Part shown: piece after piece, positions 8,099 through 16,212 of the stretch | Numbering within the stretch: position 1 is the stretch's first letter | Layout: the number at the start of each line of letters is the position of its first letter | Source: Candidatus Heimdallarchaeota archaeon | GTDB lineage: Archaea > Asgardarchaeota > Heimdallarchaeia > Heimdallarchaeales > Heimdallarchaeaceae | Assembly: GCA_030668875.1 (NCBI GenBank) | Contig: DAOVER010000003.1 | Span: forward strand, 60,001-92,000 | Direction of reading: 5' to 3' | Length of the DNA stretch: 32,000 nt | The notes under the pieces: generated by a model | The model's database searches: none | What the model was told of the DNA's origin: nothing | What the model saw: only the letters and a program-made list of their open reading frames with translations | Position numbers and translations under genes: made by a program

Positions 8099-9007
8099 TC
8101 AAACTTCTTGAACTGTGAAAAATTCGGTTTTCTTGATGTTAATTAAACCGAGCATTGCTAAATCTTCGATTCTATTGATAAAATCATTGAATTGTAGAGA
8201 ATTTTCTGCTTTGAAATATATGTCAAGCAGTGTTTTATGTTGATTGCCAATACAATAAGTGAGAAGCTTTTCGTATCCTTCGAAATTCTTCTTTCCATAG
8301 TCTTTGCTAAAATCTGCCCATTTCCTTCTGAATGTTGCATAGGATTTGAGCGATGATACAGGAAATGAGCTCTTTGCATGAAGTATCATATCTATTTCTA
8401 TAATAGTTTCTCCAGTTGGAGGAGCAGTCAGTTTTGGATCTAGATAAGTTATCAGATAAGAAAGCATTTCCTCATCTAATAACACTATAGCTTCCAAAAT
8501 AGAGATGATTTGTTTTAACCAATCCTCGATAATCTCTTCGTCAATTCCTTTTGAAACTATAGCTTCTAATTCAATAAAACTTAATTCAGATTCAACTTCA
8601 ATCTTATTCCCACTACCATTTTTCTGTAAGACATATTGTGTTTGTCGGAGTTTATCAGCGATTCTTAAACTTTTTAGATTCTTGTATTTAAACTCCTTAT
8701 TCGGTTCTATTATTGTTTCTTTCAAATCTACTTTTTTTGGTACTGGAATTTGAAAGGCGCTGATTTGACTGGAGGAAATATCATCTCCAACTCTTACAGG
8801 AACCTGAGATCTAACCACGAGTGATTTATCTACATAAAGAATATTGGCGTTTAATCTCTCATCAAGACATTGATGAACATCTACATATTCTACGTAACCC
8901 TTTTCATCAACTTCTCGGTGAAGTGACTGTAGAATGAGTAAAACTCTAGTATTTTTGCAAATATTGCACTCATACTCAATCTTTCGTCTAGCTTCCTTCT
9001 GAACCAC
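8099..9007 (-). CDS. Hypothetical protein with possible N-terminal Zn site (CxxC...HxC)
   Basis: 302-aa ORF, GTG start; ECNICK...DVHQC; C-terminal helical segment may be a winged helix. Confidence 0.65.
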   Translation of the reverse strand: MVQKEARRKIEYECNICKNTRVLLILQSLHREVDEKGYVEYVDVHQCLDERLNANILYVDKSLVVRSQVPVRVGDDISSSQISAFQIPVPKKVDLKETIIEPNKEFKYKNLKSLRIADKLRQTQYVLQKNGSGNKIEVESELSFIELEAIVSKGIDEEIIEDWLKQIISILEAIVLLDEEMLSYLITYLDPKLTAPPTGETIIEIDMILHAKSSFPVSSLKSYATFRRKWADFSKDYGKKNFEGYEKLLTYCIGNQHKTLLDIYFKAENSLQFNDFINRIEDLAMLGLINIKKTEFFTVQEV

Positions 9008-9145
9008 ACAGATTCCCCAATATCAATGTTATAATACAGTTTTCTAACGATTTCTTATTAATCTTTCTCAACGGGTTATTCAAAATTGGACTTTGGTCGT
9101 CTTTTATCCAAAATATTTTAATTTAAGTTCATAATTCATCGATAT

Positions 9146-9715
9146 ATGATTGAATTTTCTTTCCCCATGGATGCTGGAACTTTCTTCACCATGGTAATCT
9201 ATGCTATAGCTATGGGCTTTCCAATTTATATGTGCAACTCTTTTGCAAACTTAAGCAAAATAATACCCTTCTTGAGCACTCCGGTTGATTTTGGAAGAAC
9301 GACAAAGGATGGCAAAAGAATATTAGGAGACCACAAAACTTGGAGAGGATTGATTTTTGGTATTATTTTCGGTACAATAGCCGGAGTTATTGTTTGGTAT
9401 GTCTGTACAATTCAGTATGATGTATTTGATGTTTTTCCTTGGTGGACTGGCTTCTTTATGAGTCTCGGAGATCATTTTGCTGATTTATTGGGTTCTTTTA
9501 CAAAAAGGAGAATTGGTGTAAAACCTGGTGGTGCTTTACCTCTGTATGATCAAGGTTCATGGATGGTAACTGGTCTATTATTTGCACTACCTTTCCTATA
9601 TTCTGAACCCAATTTCTGGTTCTACTTCGTAACTTTGATTATTATGACTCCATTACTACACTTCCTGACAGGTTTCTTAGCTTATTGGGGTGGAATAAAA
9701 GACGTATGGTATTAA
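9146..9715 (+). CDS. carS: CDP-2,3-bis-(O-geranylgeranyl)-sn-glycerol (CDP-archaeol) synthase
   Basis: PVDFGRTTKDGKRILGDHKTWRG and GD...GSFTKRRIG...G..LP.YDQ motifs of the DUF46/CarS family; multi-TM. Confidence 0.9.
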   Translation: MIEFSFPMDAGTFFTMVIYAIAMGFPIYMCNSFANLSKIIPFLSTPVDFGRTTKDGKRILGDHKTWRGLIFGIIFGTIAGVIVWYVCTIQYDVFDVFPWWTGFFMSLGDHFADLLGSFTKRRIGVKPGGALPLYDQGSWMVTGLLFALPFLYSEPNFWFYFVTLIIMTPLLHFLTGFLAYWGGIKDVWY

Positions 9716-9736
9716 CTGTTAAATAAGAAATTTATG

Positions 9737-9757
9737 AAAGCATTTACGAAATGCTTT
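9737..9757. promoter_or_regulatory. Perfect 9-bp inverted repeat AAAGCATTT-acg-AAATGCTTT
   Basis: Lies between the carS stop and the PAS protein start, abutting a TTTTAT TATA-like tract; either an operator or a terminator hairpin. Confidence 0.45.
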
Positions 9758-9793
9758 TATCTAACAAAATAATATGAACTTTAATATTACAGA

Positions 9794-10861
9794 GTGAGTT
9801 TATCAATGAATCCTTCAGATGAAACTATTCTCATAAGAGAAACTTTCGATATCATATTTCAAAATAGTTTAGATATGATATTCTTAGTTGATGAAGAATG
9901 TTCAATCCGCGAAGCTAACATTCAAGCTTGCAGATATTTAGGGCAAACATTAGATGAACTCAAAAGCAAGAAATTATCTAGTTTCATTCTAGAACAGAAT
10001 CTTTTGAGCGAGTTCGTTGAACAAACAATGGAATTAGGAAAACAACTGCAAAAATTCACCTTTTTCACAAAAGAAAAAACTGAAATCTCATTTCATATTT
10101 CTTCAACACTTATTTCTGCAGTTGATGAAAAGCTCTTTGTTCTTATCTGTCGAGATATTCAAGAAATTGTTGATTCTGAGCATCAAAGACAATTCTTTTT
10201 TGAACTATTTCAACATGACTTGTTGAATAAATTACACGCTGAAATTGGTTACATTGACTTTTTCAAACGTCTCTATGATTCAGAGATGGTAGAAAAACAA
10301 ACTGGAATCCAAATGATAGAAAAAATGAGAGATATAACCGTTCGTTCAATTTATCTTATCCAAAACGCTAACATTATGCTTCTACTTCAAGAGGAAAAAT
10401 TGCTCGCAAACCAGAAACTTGAGGATATACTCAAACATACTGCAAGATACATAAATAATTTCTTTGCTAAAAGAGTGAAGTTGGATATAAATAGAATTCA
10501 AGATGTATTAGTACTTGGTGATGAATTTACTTATCGAATTTTTGTTAATCTTATAGTAAGGATGATGGAATACACAGATGATGTCGTTTTAACTGATATA
10601 ACGGTAGGAACACCGGTTTATGAAACAGTTAATGCTAAATTACATTTTGAAGGAATCGTTCTTTCTCTTGAGGATCGGAAAGAACTTCTTATGAACCAAA
10701 TTCTTGATCATAAAAAACTAGATGTCACCGTTATTCAAAAATTATTAAATAGATACCAAATGGAATTGAAAATAGATAATGTTCGTCGGTCAGGAGAAAT
10801 AGTAGGAACAAAAATGACTCTTTCGATTCCAATTGTTCTCCCAGAATCAACAGAAAAATAG
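9794..10861 (+). CDS. PAS-domain histidine-kinase-like protein with degenerate HATPase domain
   Basis: PAS (IFLVDEECSIREANIQAC.YLG...LICRDI) and H-box FQHDLLNKL...IGYID. The N-box reads NLIVRMMEY, and no DxGxG or GxGL boxes are present. Confidence 0.75.
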   Translation: MSLSMNPSDETILIRETFDIIFQNSLDMIFLVDEECSIREANIQACRYLGQTLDELKSKKLSSFILEQNLLSEFVEQTMELGKQLQKFTFFTKEKTEISFHISSTLISAVDEKLFVLICRDIQEIVDSEHQRQFFFELFQHDLLNKLHAEIGYIDFFKRLYDSEMVEKQTGIQMIEKMRDITVRSIYLIQNANIMLLLQEEKLLANQKLEDILKHTARYINNFFAKRVKLDINRIQDVLVLGDEFTYRIFVNLIVRMMEYTDDVVLTDITVGTPVYETVNAKLHFEGIVLSLEDRKELLMNQILDHKKLDVTVIQKLLNRYQMELKIDNVRRSGEIVGTKMTLSIPIVLPESTEK

Positions 10862-10937
10862 TTCAATGAATAGCTTATACTACTAATCTTTTTAAGAGTA
10901 TATTAGCTGATTATTTTAGTGCCCTTTTCTTCTTTAT

Positions 10938-11000
10938 TTTGGATTGAGAGGTGTTTAATCCAAATTTAAGAATTTGGACATATCCAAAAATTATTTATAT
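10938..11000 (+). promoter_or_regulatory. feo promoter: four alternating TTTGGA/TCCAAA half-sites followed by TATA (TTTATAT 10994-11000)
   Basis: tttggatt 10938-45 / aatccaaa 10957-64; tccaaatt-taag-aatttgga 10959-78; tttgga-cata-tccaaa 10973-88. Confidence 0.55.
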
Positions 11001-11027
11001 GGTATTACTAGACAGCAAATGAACATC

Positions 11028-11255
11028 ATGAATAAAAAGATTTCACTAGCAGATTCAACAGTCAATTCTATCGTAAAGGTAGAAAAAATTACTGCTGGAC
11101 AAAAAGCTAGACGATTCTTAGCAGATTTGGGTGTTTTAGAGGGAGTTAAACTTCGAATAGTAAAAAATGATTTGGGTCCCGTTTTGATAGAAGTAAAAGC
11201 CACAAGAGTTGCTATTGGAAGAGGAATAGCAACAAAAATCGAAGTAACTTGTTAG
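11028..11255 (+). CDS. feoA: Ferrous iron transport protein A
   Basis: RRFLADLGVLEG...GPVLIEVKATRVAIGRGIATKIEV; directly upstream of feoB. ATG 11028 gives 75 aa and fits TATA spacing better than the track's TTG 10974. Confidence 0.9.
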   Translation: MNKKISLADSTVNSIVKVEKITAGQKARRFLADLGVLEGVKLRIVKNDLGPVLIEVKATRVAIGRGIATKIEVTC

Positions 11256-11270
11256 TCCGGAATGAATTGA

Positions 11271-13448
11271 ATGAGAAGATCCCGTTTTAATCAAGGTAAA
11301 AGAAGATATACTAGAAAGTCTCGTGGTGGTAAACCTCGTGGTGGTAAACCTCATATTCGTAGGATTTTTACTCCTCCAGGTTCTGACCATACCATTGAGC
11401 ATCGTATAGCCTTTCTAGGGAACCCTAATGTAGGTAAATCCTCTCTTTTTAATATGCTGACCGGTGGTCACCAACATATTGGTAACTGGCCAGGAAAAAC
11501 TGTCGAAAAAAAAGAAGGGCATTATCTTTTCCCTAGGAGAATCGATAATTGGATTGGTGGTATATCCAGAAAACCTATTGAGAAAAAGGAAGGACATTTA
11601 CTTCTATCTGATGAATATTTTTCCATTATAGATTTACCTGGAGCTTATTCACTTTCTGCTCATTCTGAAGAAGAATTAATAACTAGAAAATATGTTGTTG
11701 AAGAAGAACCTGATCTTGTGTGTGTTATTGTTGATGCCACTAGATTAGAAAGAACCTCCTATATTGCTCTTCAAGCTCTTGAACTAACTGATAATATTGC
11801 TTTGATAGTAAACATGATGGATCTTGCTGAAAAAGAAAGTATCCAAATTGATAGACATAAACTAGAAAAACAGCTTGGTATACCTGTTCTACTTGTTAGT
11901 GCTTTTGACAATAGCTGTATTATTAGAATCAAGAAATTTCTTTATGATGCATTACATACAGAAAAATATACTTTTACACCAGCTTACTTAATCTATTCTC
12001 AGAAGTTAGAAACAATGATTAACAGTGTTTCTAGACAAATCAATAACAGAGAAATATTGCAGGATTATCCAACTCGGTGGTTGTCTATCAAAGTTCTAGA
12101 GGGTGATAAATGGGTTATCTCAAAACTAGAAGAGGAATATGTTCTTGATGATATATTCAAAAAAATAGAAAAACTAAAAATATCTGAGAATTTTGATCCA
12201 GCTGATGAGATACCAAAGAGGAAGTATAGAGCTCTAAAAAGCATTGTTAAAAAATCAGTTATTGGCTTAGAAGATTTTAAAGAGAAGAAAAGTGACAAAG
12301 TCGATAAAGTAGTTATGCATAAATTCTGGGGTTATCCAATTCTGATTCTCATTTATGCTGTTTTCTTCCTAATCACTTTCTCTGCTTCAGGTCCAGTAAT
12401 CTCAGGATTAGATAGCTTATTTATTTCGTTCTCAGAAATCGTAAGAGGTTGGCTATTAGCAATAAATAGTCCTGCTTTTCTCACTAGTCTCATTGTGGAT
12501 GGGATCTTATCGGGAATTACTGCTGTTCTACTCTTTGTACCAATAATAATCATTTTCTACATTCTCATTGCAGTAATGGAAGATTCAGGGTATCTAGCAA
12601 GATCTGCTTATCTAATGGATATTGTATTAGGAAAATTCGGATTACAAGGAACAGCATTTCTCAGTATGATTATGGGGTTAGGTTGTAATGTAACGGGAGT
12701 ACTTGCAGCTCGAACAATCAAAAGCGAAAGAGATAGAATTTCAATGATTTTAACAAATTCTTTCATTCCTTGCGCAGCAACATTGGGAGTACTCACTTCT
12801 ATTACAAGTATCTTCTTCAAAACCAAACCTTGGTTTGCTGCACTTCTAATGTTAATATTATATGCTATGAGTTTCTTACTAGTTTTTCTATCTGCAATGT
12901 TCTTTAGACTGTTTTTAGGAAAATCAGATACAATGCCCCTTATTATTGAAATACCTGAATATAGAATGCCTAGATTGAAAAATATTTTTCATTTAACTTG
13001 GGAAAGAGCAGGAGTCTTCATTAAGAAAGCTGGTACTTTCATTTTTCTTGCATCGATAGTTATTTGGATTGCGAGTAATATCCCTTATGGAGCATCTCCT
13101 CAAGAAACTATCGCTGGATATATCGGAAGTGGGTTGGCCTTTATTACTGAACCTTTGTTTGGATTTGATTGGAAAATTGTCGTAACATTACTGTTTGGAA
13201 TTGCAGCCAAAGAAGTAGTAATTTCTGCTTTGAGCATACTTGGATTATTAACAGCAGCATGGACAACACCTCAAATTATTGCATTTCTTGTATTTCAAAT
13301 GACTTATGCACCATGTTTTGCAACCTTAGCAATAATAAAATCAGAGACAAAGAGCTGGAAAATGACTGCAATAGGTTTCTTTTATCCTCTGATATTAACG
13401 TCTCTGATAACAGCTGCAGTTTATCATATCCTATTATTATTCTTTTAG
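11271..13448 (+). CDS. feoB: Ferrous iron transport protein B (GTPase plus membrane domain)
   Basis: GNPNVGKSSLFN, GNWPGKTVE, IDLPGAYSL, NMMD; membrane motifs GLGCNV, PCAATL, YAPCFATL. Confidence 0.96.
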   Translation: MRRSRFNQGKRRYTRKSRGGKPRGGKPHIRRIFTPPGSDHTIEHRIAFLGNPNVGKSSLFNMLTGGHQHIGNWPGKTVEKKEGHYLFPRRIDNWIGGISRKPIEKKEGHLLLSDEYFSIIDLPGAYSLSAHSEEELITRKYVVEEEPDLVCVIVDATRLERTSYIALQALELTDNIALIVNMMDLAEKESIQIDRHKLEKQLGIPVLLVSAFDNSCIIRIKKFLYDALHTEKYTFTPAYLIYSQKLETMINSVSRQINNREILQDYPTRWLSIKVLEGDKWVISKLEEEYVLDDIFKKIEKLKISENFDPADEIPKRKYRALKSIVKKSVIGLEDFKEKKSDKVDKVVMHKFWGYPILILIYAVFFLITFSASGPVISGLDSLFISFSEIVRGWLLAINSPAFLTSLIVDGILSGITAVLLFVPIIIIFYILIAVMEDSGYLARSAYLMDIVLGKFGLQGTAFLSMIMGLGCNVTGVLAARTIKSERDRISMILTNSFIPCAATLGVLTSITSIFFKTKPWFAALLMLILYAMSFLLVFLSAMFFRLFLGKSDTMPLIIEIPEYRMPRLKNIFHLTWERAGVFIKKAGTFIFLASIVIWIASNIPYGASPQETIAGYIGSGLAFITEPLFGFDWKIVVTLLFGIAAKEVVISALSILGLLTAAWTTPQIIAFLVFQMTYAPCFATLAIIKSETKSWKMTAIGFFYPLILTSLITAAVYHILLLFF

Positions 13449-13456
13449 GTGAAAAT

Positions 13457-13630
13457 ATGGCAACAATAAGTAATGAACCAGAAAAACTCTCTATGAAAAA
13501 CAGAATAAGGGGATGGCTCGGAAAATATTTTGGTTCAGATGAAAATTGCAGTTCTCAATGCTCAAATTGTATATATTGTCCATATATCCAAAACAGTAAG
13601 TTTACATTTGAGATTAAGAAAAAAAATTAA
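13457..13630 (+). CDS. 57-aa Cys-rich FeoB-associated (FeoC-like) protein
   Basis: AGGTGA (13447-52) overlaps the feoB stop; ATG at 13457; MATISNEPEKLSMKNRIRGWLGKYFGSDENCSSQCSNCIYCPY... with C-x3-C-x2-C-x2-C. Confidence 0.75.
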   Translation: MATISNEPEKLSMKNRIRGWLGKYFGSDENCSSQCSNCIYCPYIQNSKFTFEIKKKN

Positions 13631-13824
13631 TGATCTCTGTCAGATTATTGCGCTTTGTTAAAAAATAGGAATGTATTGTAGTTAGACAAAAACAGTTAAA
13701 AGAAATTTCATAGAAAATTCAATCATTGGTATTGTGTATTTATATGGAAACTGTTGAAGAAGTTCCATAAGTTCTTGAAGAAAAGAAATACTTCAAACAA
13801 TATCTATTCTTCTGGGGAGGTCAA

Positions 13825-15054
13825 TTGTTTAGCAGACTTGGATCCACAATTGTACAATTTGTCTTGGTCCTTTGGATTGCAATAGAAACCCAAAGTGAAC
13901 TTATTCTAGGTTTAGCATCAATTGCAGCTTTTGGACCATTCTTGATTCTGGCACCAATTGCTGGAGTTCTAGTTGATAGGATAAACAGAAAAGCTATTAT
14001 CATCATTGCAGATGCGTCTATAGCTATAACAACACTTGCAGCAATTTATCTTTTTTACGCAGATTCTATGTCTTTACTGTGGTACTTCTTTATAATAATA
14101 ATTAGAGGTATAGGTAATGGTTTTCACTTTACTACTCTCAATGCATTGATGCCAACGATGGTTCCCCAAAAACATCTAAGTAGAATGAACGGCATCAATT
14201 ATATAGCAACTGGTGCAATAAATGTAATAGGACCCGCTGTAGCTGGTGGACTTCTTACAGTATGGAGAGAAGCTGATTTACTTTGGATAGATATCGTAAC
14301 CTTCGTAATCGCTATGGTTCCTTTAATTTTTATTTCAATTCCAAAAGTTGCAACTACGTTGAAAAAAGGTGCCAAATTCTCATTCTTCGCAGATTTCAAA
14401 GATGGAATAAATACGATACTCAATATTAAAGGAATGATACCATTTTTGGTTATGTTTATGGCGATTACTTTCTTCGTTACTCCAATAAGTACTTTACTGC
14501 CGCTTTTTGTGACTAAAACACATGCTGGTTTGAAAACAGATTATGCGATCGTAATTGCTTTCCTTCAAGCTGGTATGCTGATAGGTGGGATTGTAATGTC
14601 GTTCTTCAAGGGTTTTAAGAAGAAAGGACTAAGTAGCTATATTGCAATAGTATGGACATTTAGTATTATATCAACTTTAATTCTTGTTCCAACAGATATT
14701 GAAGGTCGATTCTGGATAATAGGTGGTATACTATTCATAAGCGTTATAGTATTACCTCTTTTGAATGTTTCAATGATGACTGTATTTCAGACGATAGTTC
14801 CAAAAGAAAGCCTTGGAAGAACAATGAGTGTAATTGGAGTTTTTACCACTTCTATAACACCTATAGCAATGTTACTCGCTGGAATTATTGGGGAATATGT
14901 CCCAATTGGGTGGGTGTTTCTTGGAACATCTGTTTTGGGGTTGATGATTAGCTCTGCAATTTGGTTTCTAACAAAAGCTCCACAAATCGACCAATCAACC
15001 TCTGAAATACTTGAGAAACAGGAACAAATGGCAGAAGAACAACCGGTTATATAG
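13825..15054 (+). CDS. MFS efflux transporter (DHA3/MefA-like); natural start ATG 13744 is cut off by an in-frame TAA at 13768-13770
   Basis: MFS motif A APIAGVLVDRINRK, about 12 TM, VPKESLGRTMS. The upstream frame reads METVEEVP*VLEEKKYFKQYLFFWGGQLFSRLGS. Confidence 0.88.
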   Translation: MFSRLGSTIVQFVLVLWIAIETQSELILGLASIAAFGPFLILAPIAGVLVDRINRKAIIIIADASIAITTLAAIYLFYADSMSLLWYFFIIIIRGIGNGFHFTTLNALMPTMVPQKHLSRMNGINYIATGAINVIGPAVAGGLLTVWREADLLWIDIVTFVIAMVPLIFISIPKVATTLKKGAKFSFFADFKDGINTILNIKGMIPFLVMFMAITFFVTPISTLLPLFVTKTHAGLKTDYAIVIAFLQAGMLIGGIVMSFFKGFKKKGLSSYIAIVWTFSIISTLILVPTDIEGRFWIIGGILFISVIVLPLLNVSMMTVFQTIVPKESLGRTMSVIGVFTTSITPIAMLLAGIIGEYVPIGWVFLGTSVLGLMISSAIWFLTKAPQIDQSTSEILEKQEQMAEEQPVI

Positions 15055-15155
15055 TACTTATTTAATTCTAATCATTTTTCTTTTTCATTTCATTAAATGT
15101 TTCATTTTCTTTAGTCAAATGGTAATAATTGAATGAAACCTAGATAATCCAACTT

Positions 15156-15491
15156 ATGCATCGAGTATTTATTATTTTAAGTTCTGTAGATACTGTTGTT
15201 CATAATGAATTAAGTTTCAAATACGCTTATAACGCTTTGAAACAAGGCTGGATGGATCAAGCAAGAGTCATTCTTTGGGGTTCTACAGAAAAGATAGATG
15301 CAGAAAATAAGGGTTTTATTGAGCAAGTTAAGCTGCTAATAGATTCTGGAGTTGAAGTTTATGCGTGCAAATCGTGCAGTGATAACTTTGGATCTAGCGA
15401 AAAATTATCAGAAATAGGTATTGATGTAAGATATGCTGGAACTTTTGTTACAGAGATGTTGAAAGAAGGATGGTATCAACTTACTTTCTAG
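15156..15491 (+). CDS. DsrE-family protein
   Basis: GWMDQARVILWG...GVEVYACKSC...GID...G..VTEMLKEGW...TF pattern, 111 aa. Confidence 0.8.
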   Translation: MHRVFIILSSVDTVVHNELSFKYAYNALKQGWMDQARVILWGSTEKIDAENKGFIEQVKLLIDSGVEVYACKSCSDNFGSSEKLSEIGIDVRYAGTFVTEMLKEGWYQLTF

Positions 15492-15492
15492 A

Positions 15493-16143
15493 TTAATTAC
15501 TAAGTGTACCTTGAAGAATGCCTTCAGTTGTAATTGATTTCACTCCTTTTTCCATCCATTGTGCTATTAGATTTTTCGATTTCTCTTCATCTCTTCCTTC
15601 TATTGCATCTATTACTAAATATATCTCATAATCGTTTGATTGTTCGAGAAATCCTTCAATTGCTTTTTTTACACTGAAGTCTATAGCAACTCCATAAACA
15701 ATGATTTTCTGAGGTTTCAATTGGTTTACAATCGGAACTAGATTCGGATTAGAAAACGCGCTTAATTGCGTTTTTCGAAAAATTATGGGACCCTTCCCTT
15801 CGATTAGTTCAACTATTTTTTCTTGAGGATAGGTTATTGGATCGACCCATAACGGCATCTCTGACCTAGTTTCCATGATTTTCTCTTGACCTGGTTCATT
15901 TTTCAAACAGTGAGGTGGAAATGTTTCACTGAAATCTGGATTTTCTTTATCTATCTCAGGATCCATATCTGAATGGAAGTCAACTGAACCAAGTATCTTG
16001 ATCCCATTTATTCGTGCATATTGAGTTAATTTTTCTAAATTATTTTTCAGTTTTTCTGCACCGTTAACATATAATTTTCCATCTGGATCCATGAAATCTT
16101 TTTGTGTGTCTACGTCCCAGAATATTATGTCTTTTTTATTCAT
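15493..16143 (-). CDS. Isochorismatase/nicotinamidase-family (cysteine hydrolase) protein with Ser at the nucleophile position
   Basis: DVDTQKDFM..DGKLYV, D-x-H, FPPHC, FRK, and GVAIDFSV where family members have GVxxDxCV. ATG 16143 preferred over TTG 16164. Confidence 0.85.
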   Translation of the reverse strand: MNKKDIIFWDVDTQKDFMDPDGKLYVNGAEKLKNNLEKLTQYARINGIKILGSVDFHSDMDPEIDKENPDFSETFPPHCLKNEPGQEKIMETRSEMPLWVDPITYPQEKIVELIEGKGPIIFRKTQLSAFSNPNLVPIVNQLKPQKIIVYGVAIDFSVKKAIEGFLEQSNDYEIYLVIDAIEGRDEEKSKNLIAQWMEKGVKSITTEGILQGTLSN

Positions 16144-16212
16144 TTTTCTCACATAAACATTCAAAATATACTATAAAAACGTTTTAATTGCACTTAAAAC
16201 TGCCTTCAATTC

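Noticed and set aside
13169-13456. Long 153-aa version of the Cys-rich ORF
   Set aside because: The first ~96 codons overlap feoB in another frame; the SD and ATG at 13457 define the real 57-aa gene.
904-14423. Short track ORFs on the opposite strand or in alternate frames of real genes (904, 2261, 6307, 8158, 8505, 10991, 11136, 11415, 12065, 12353, 12608, 13821, 14199)
   Set aside because: They fully overlap well-supported genes and have no motifs; shadow ORFs.
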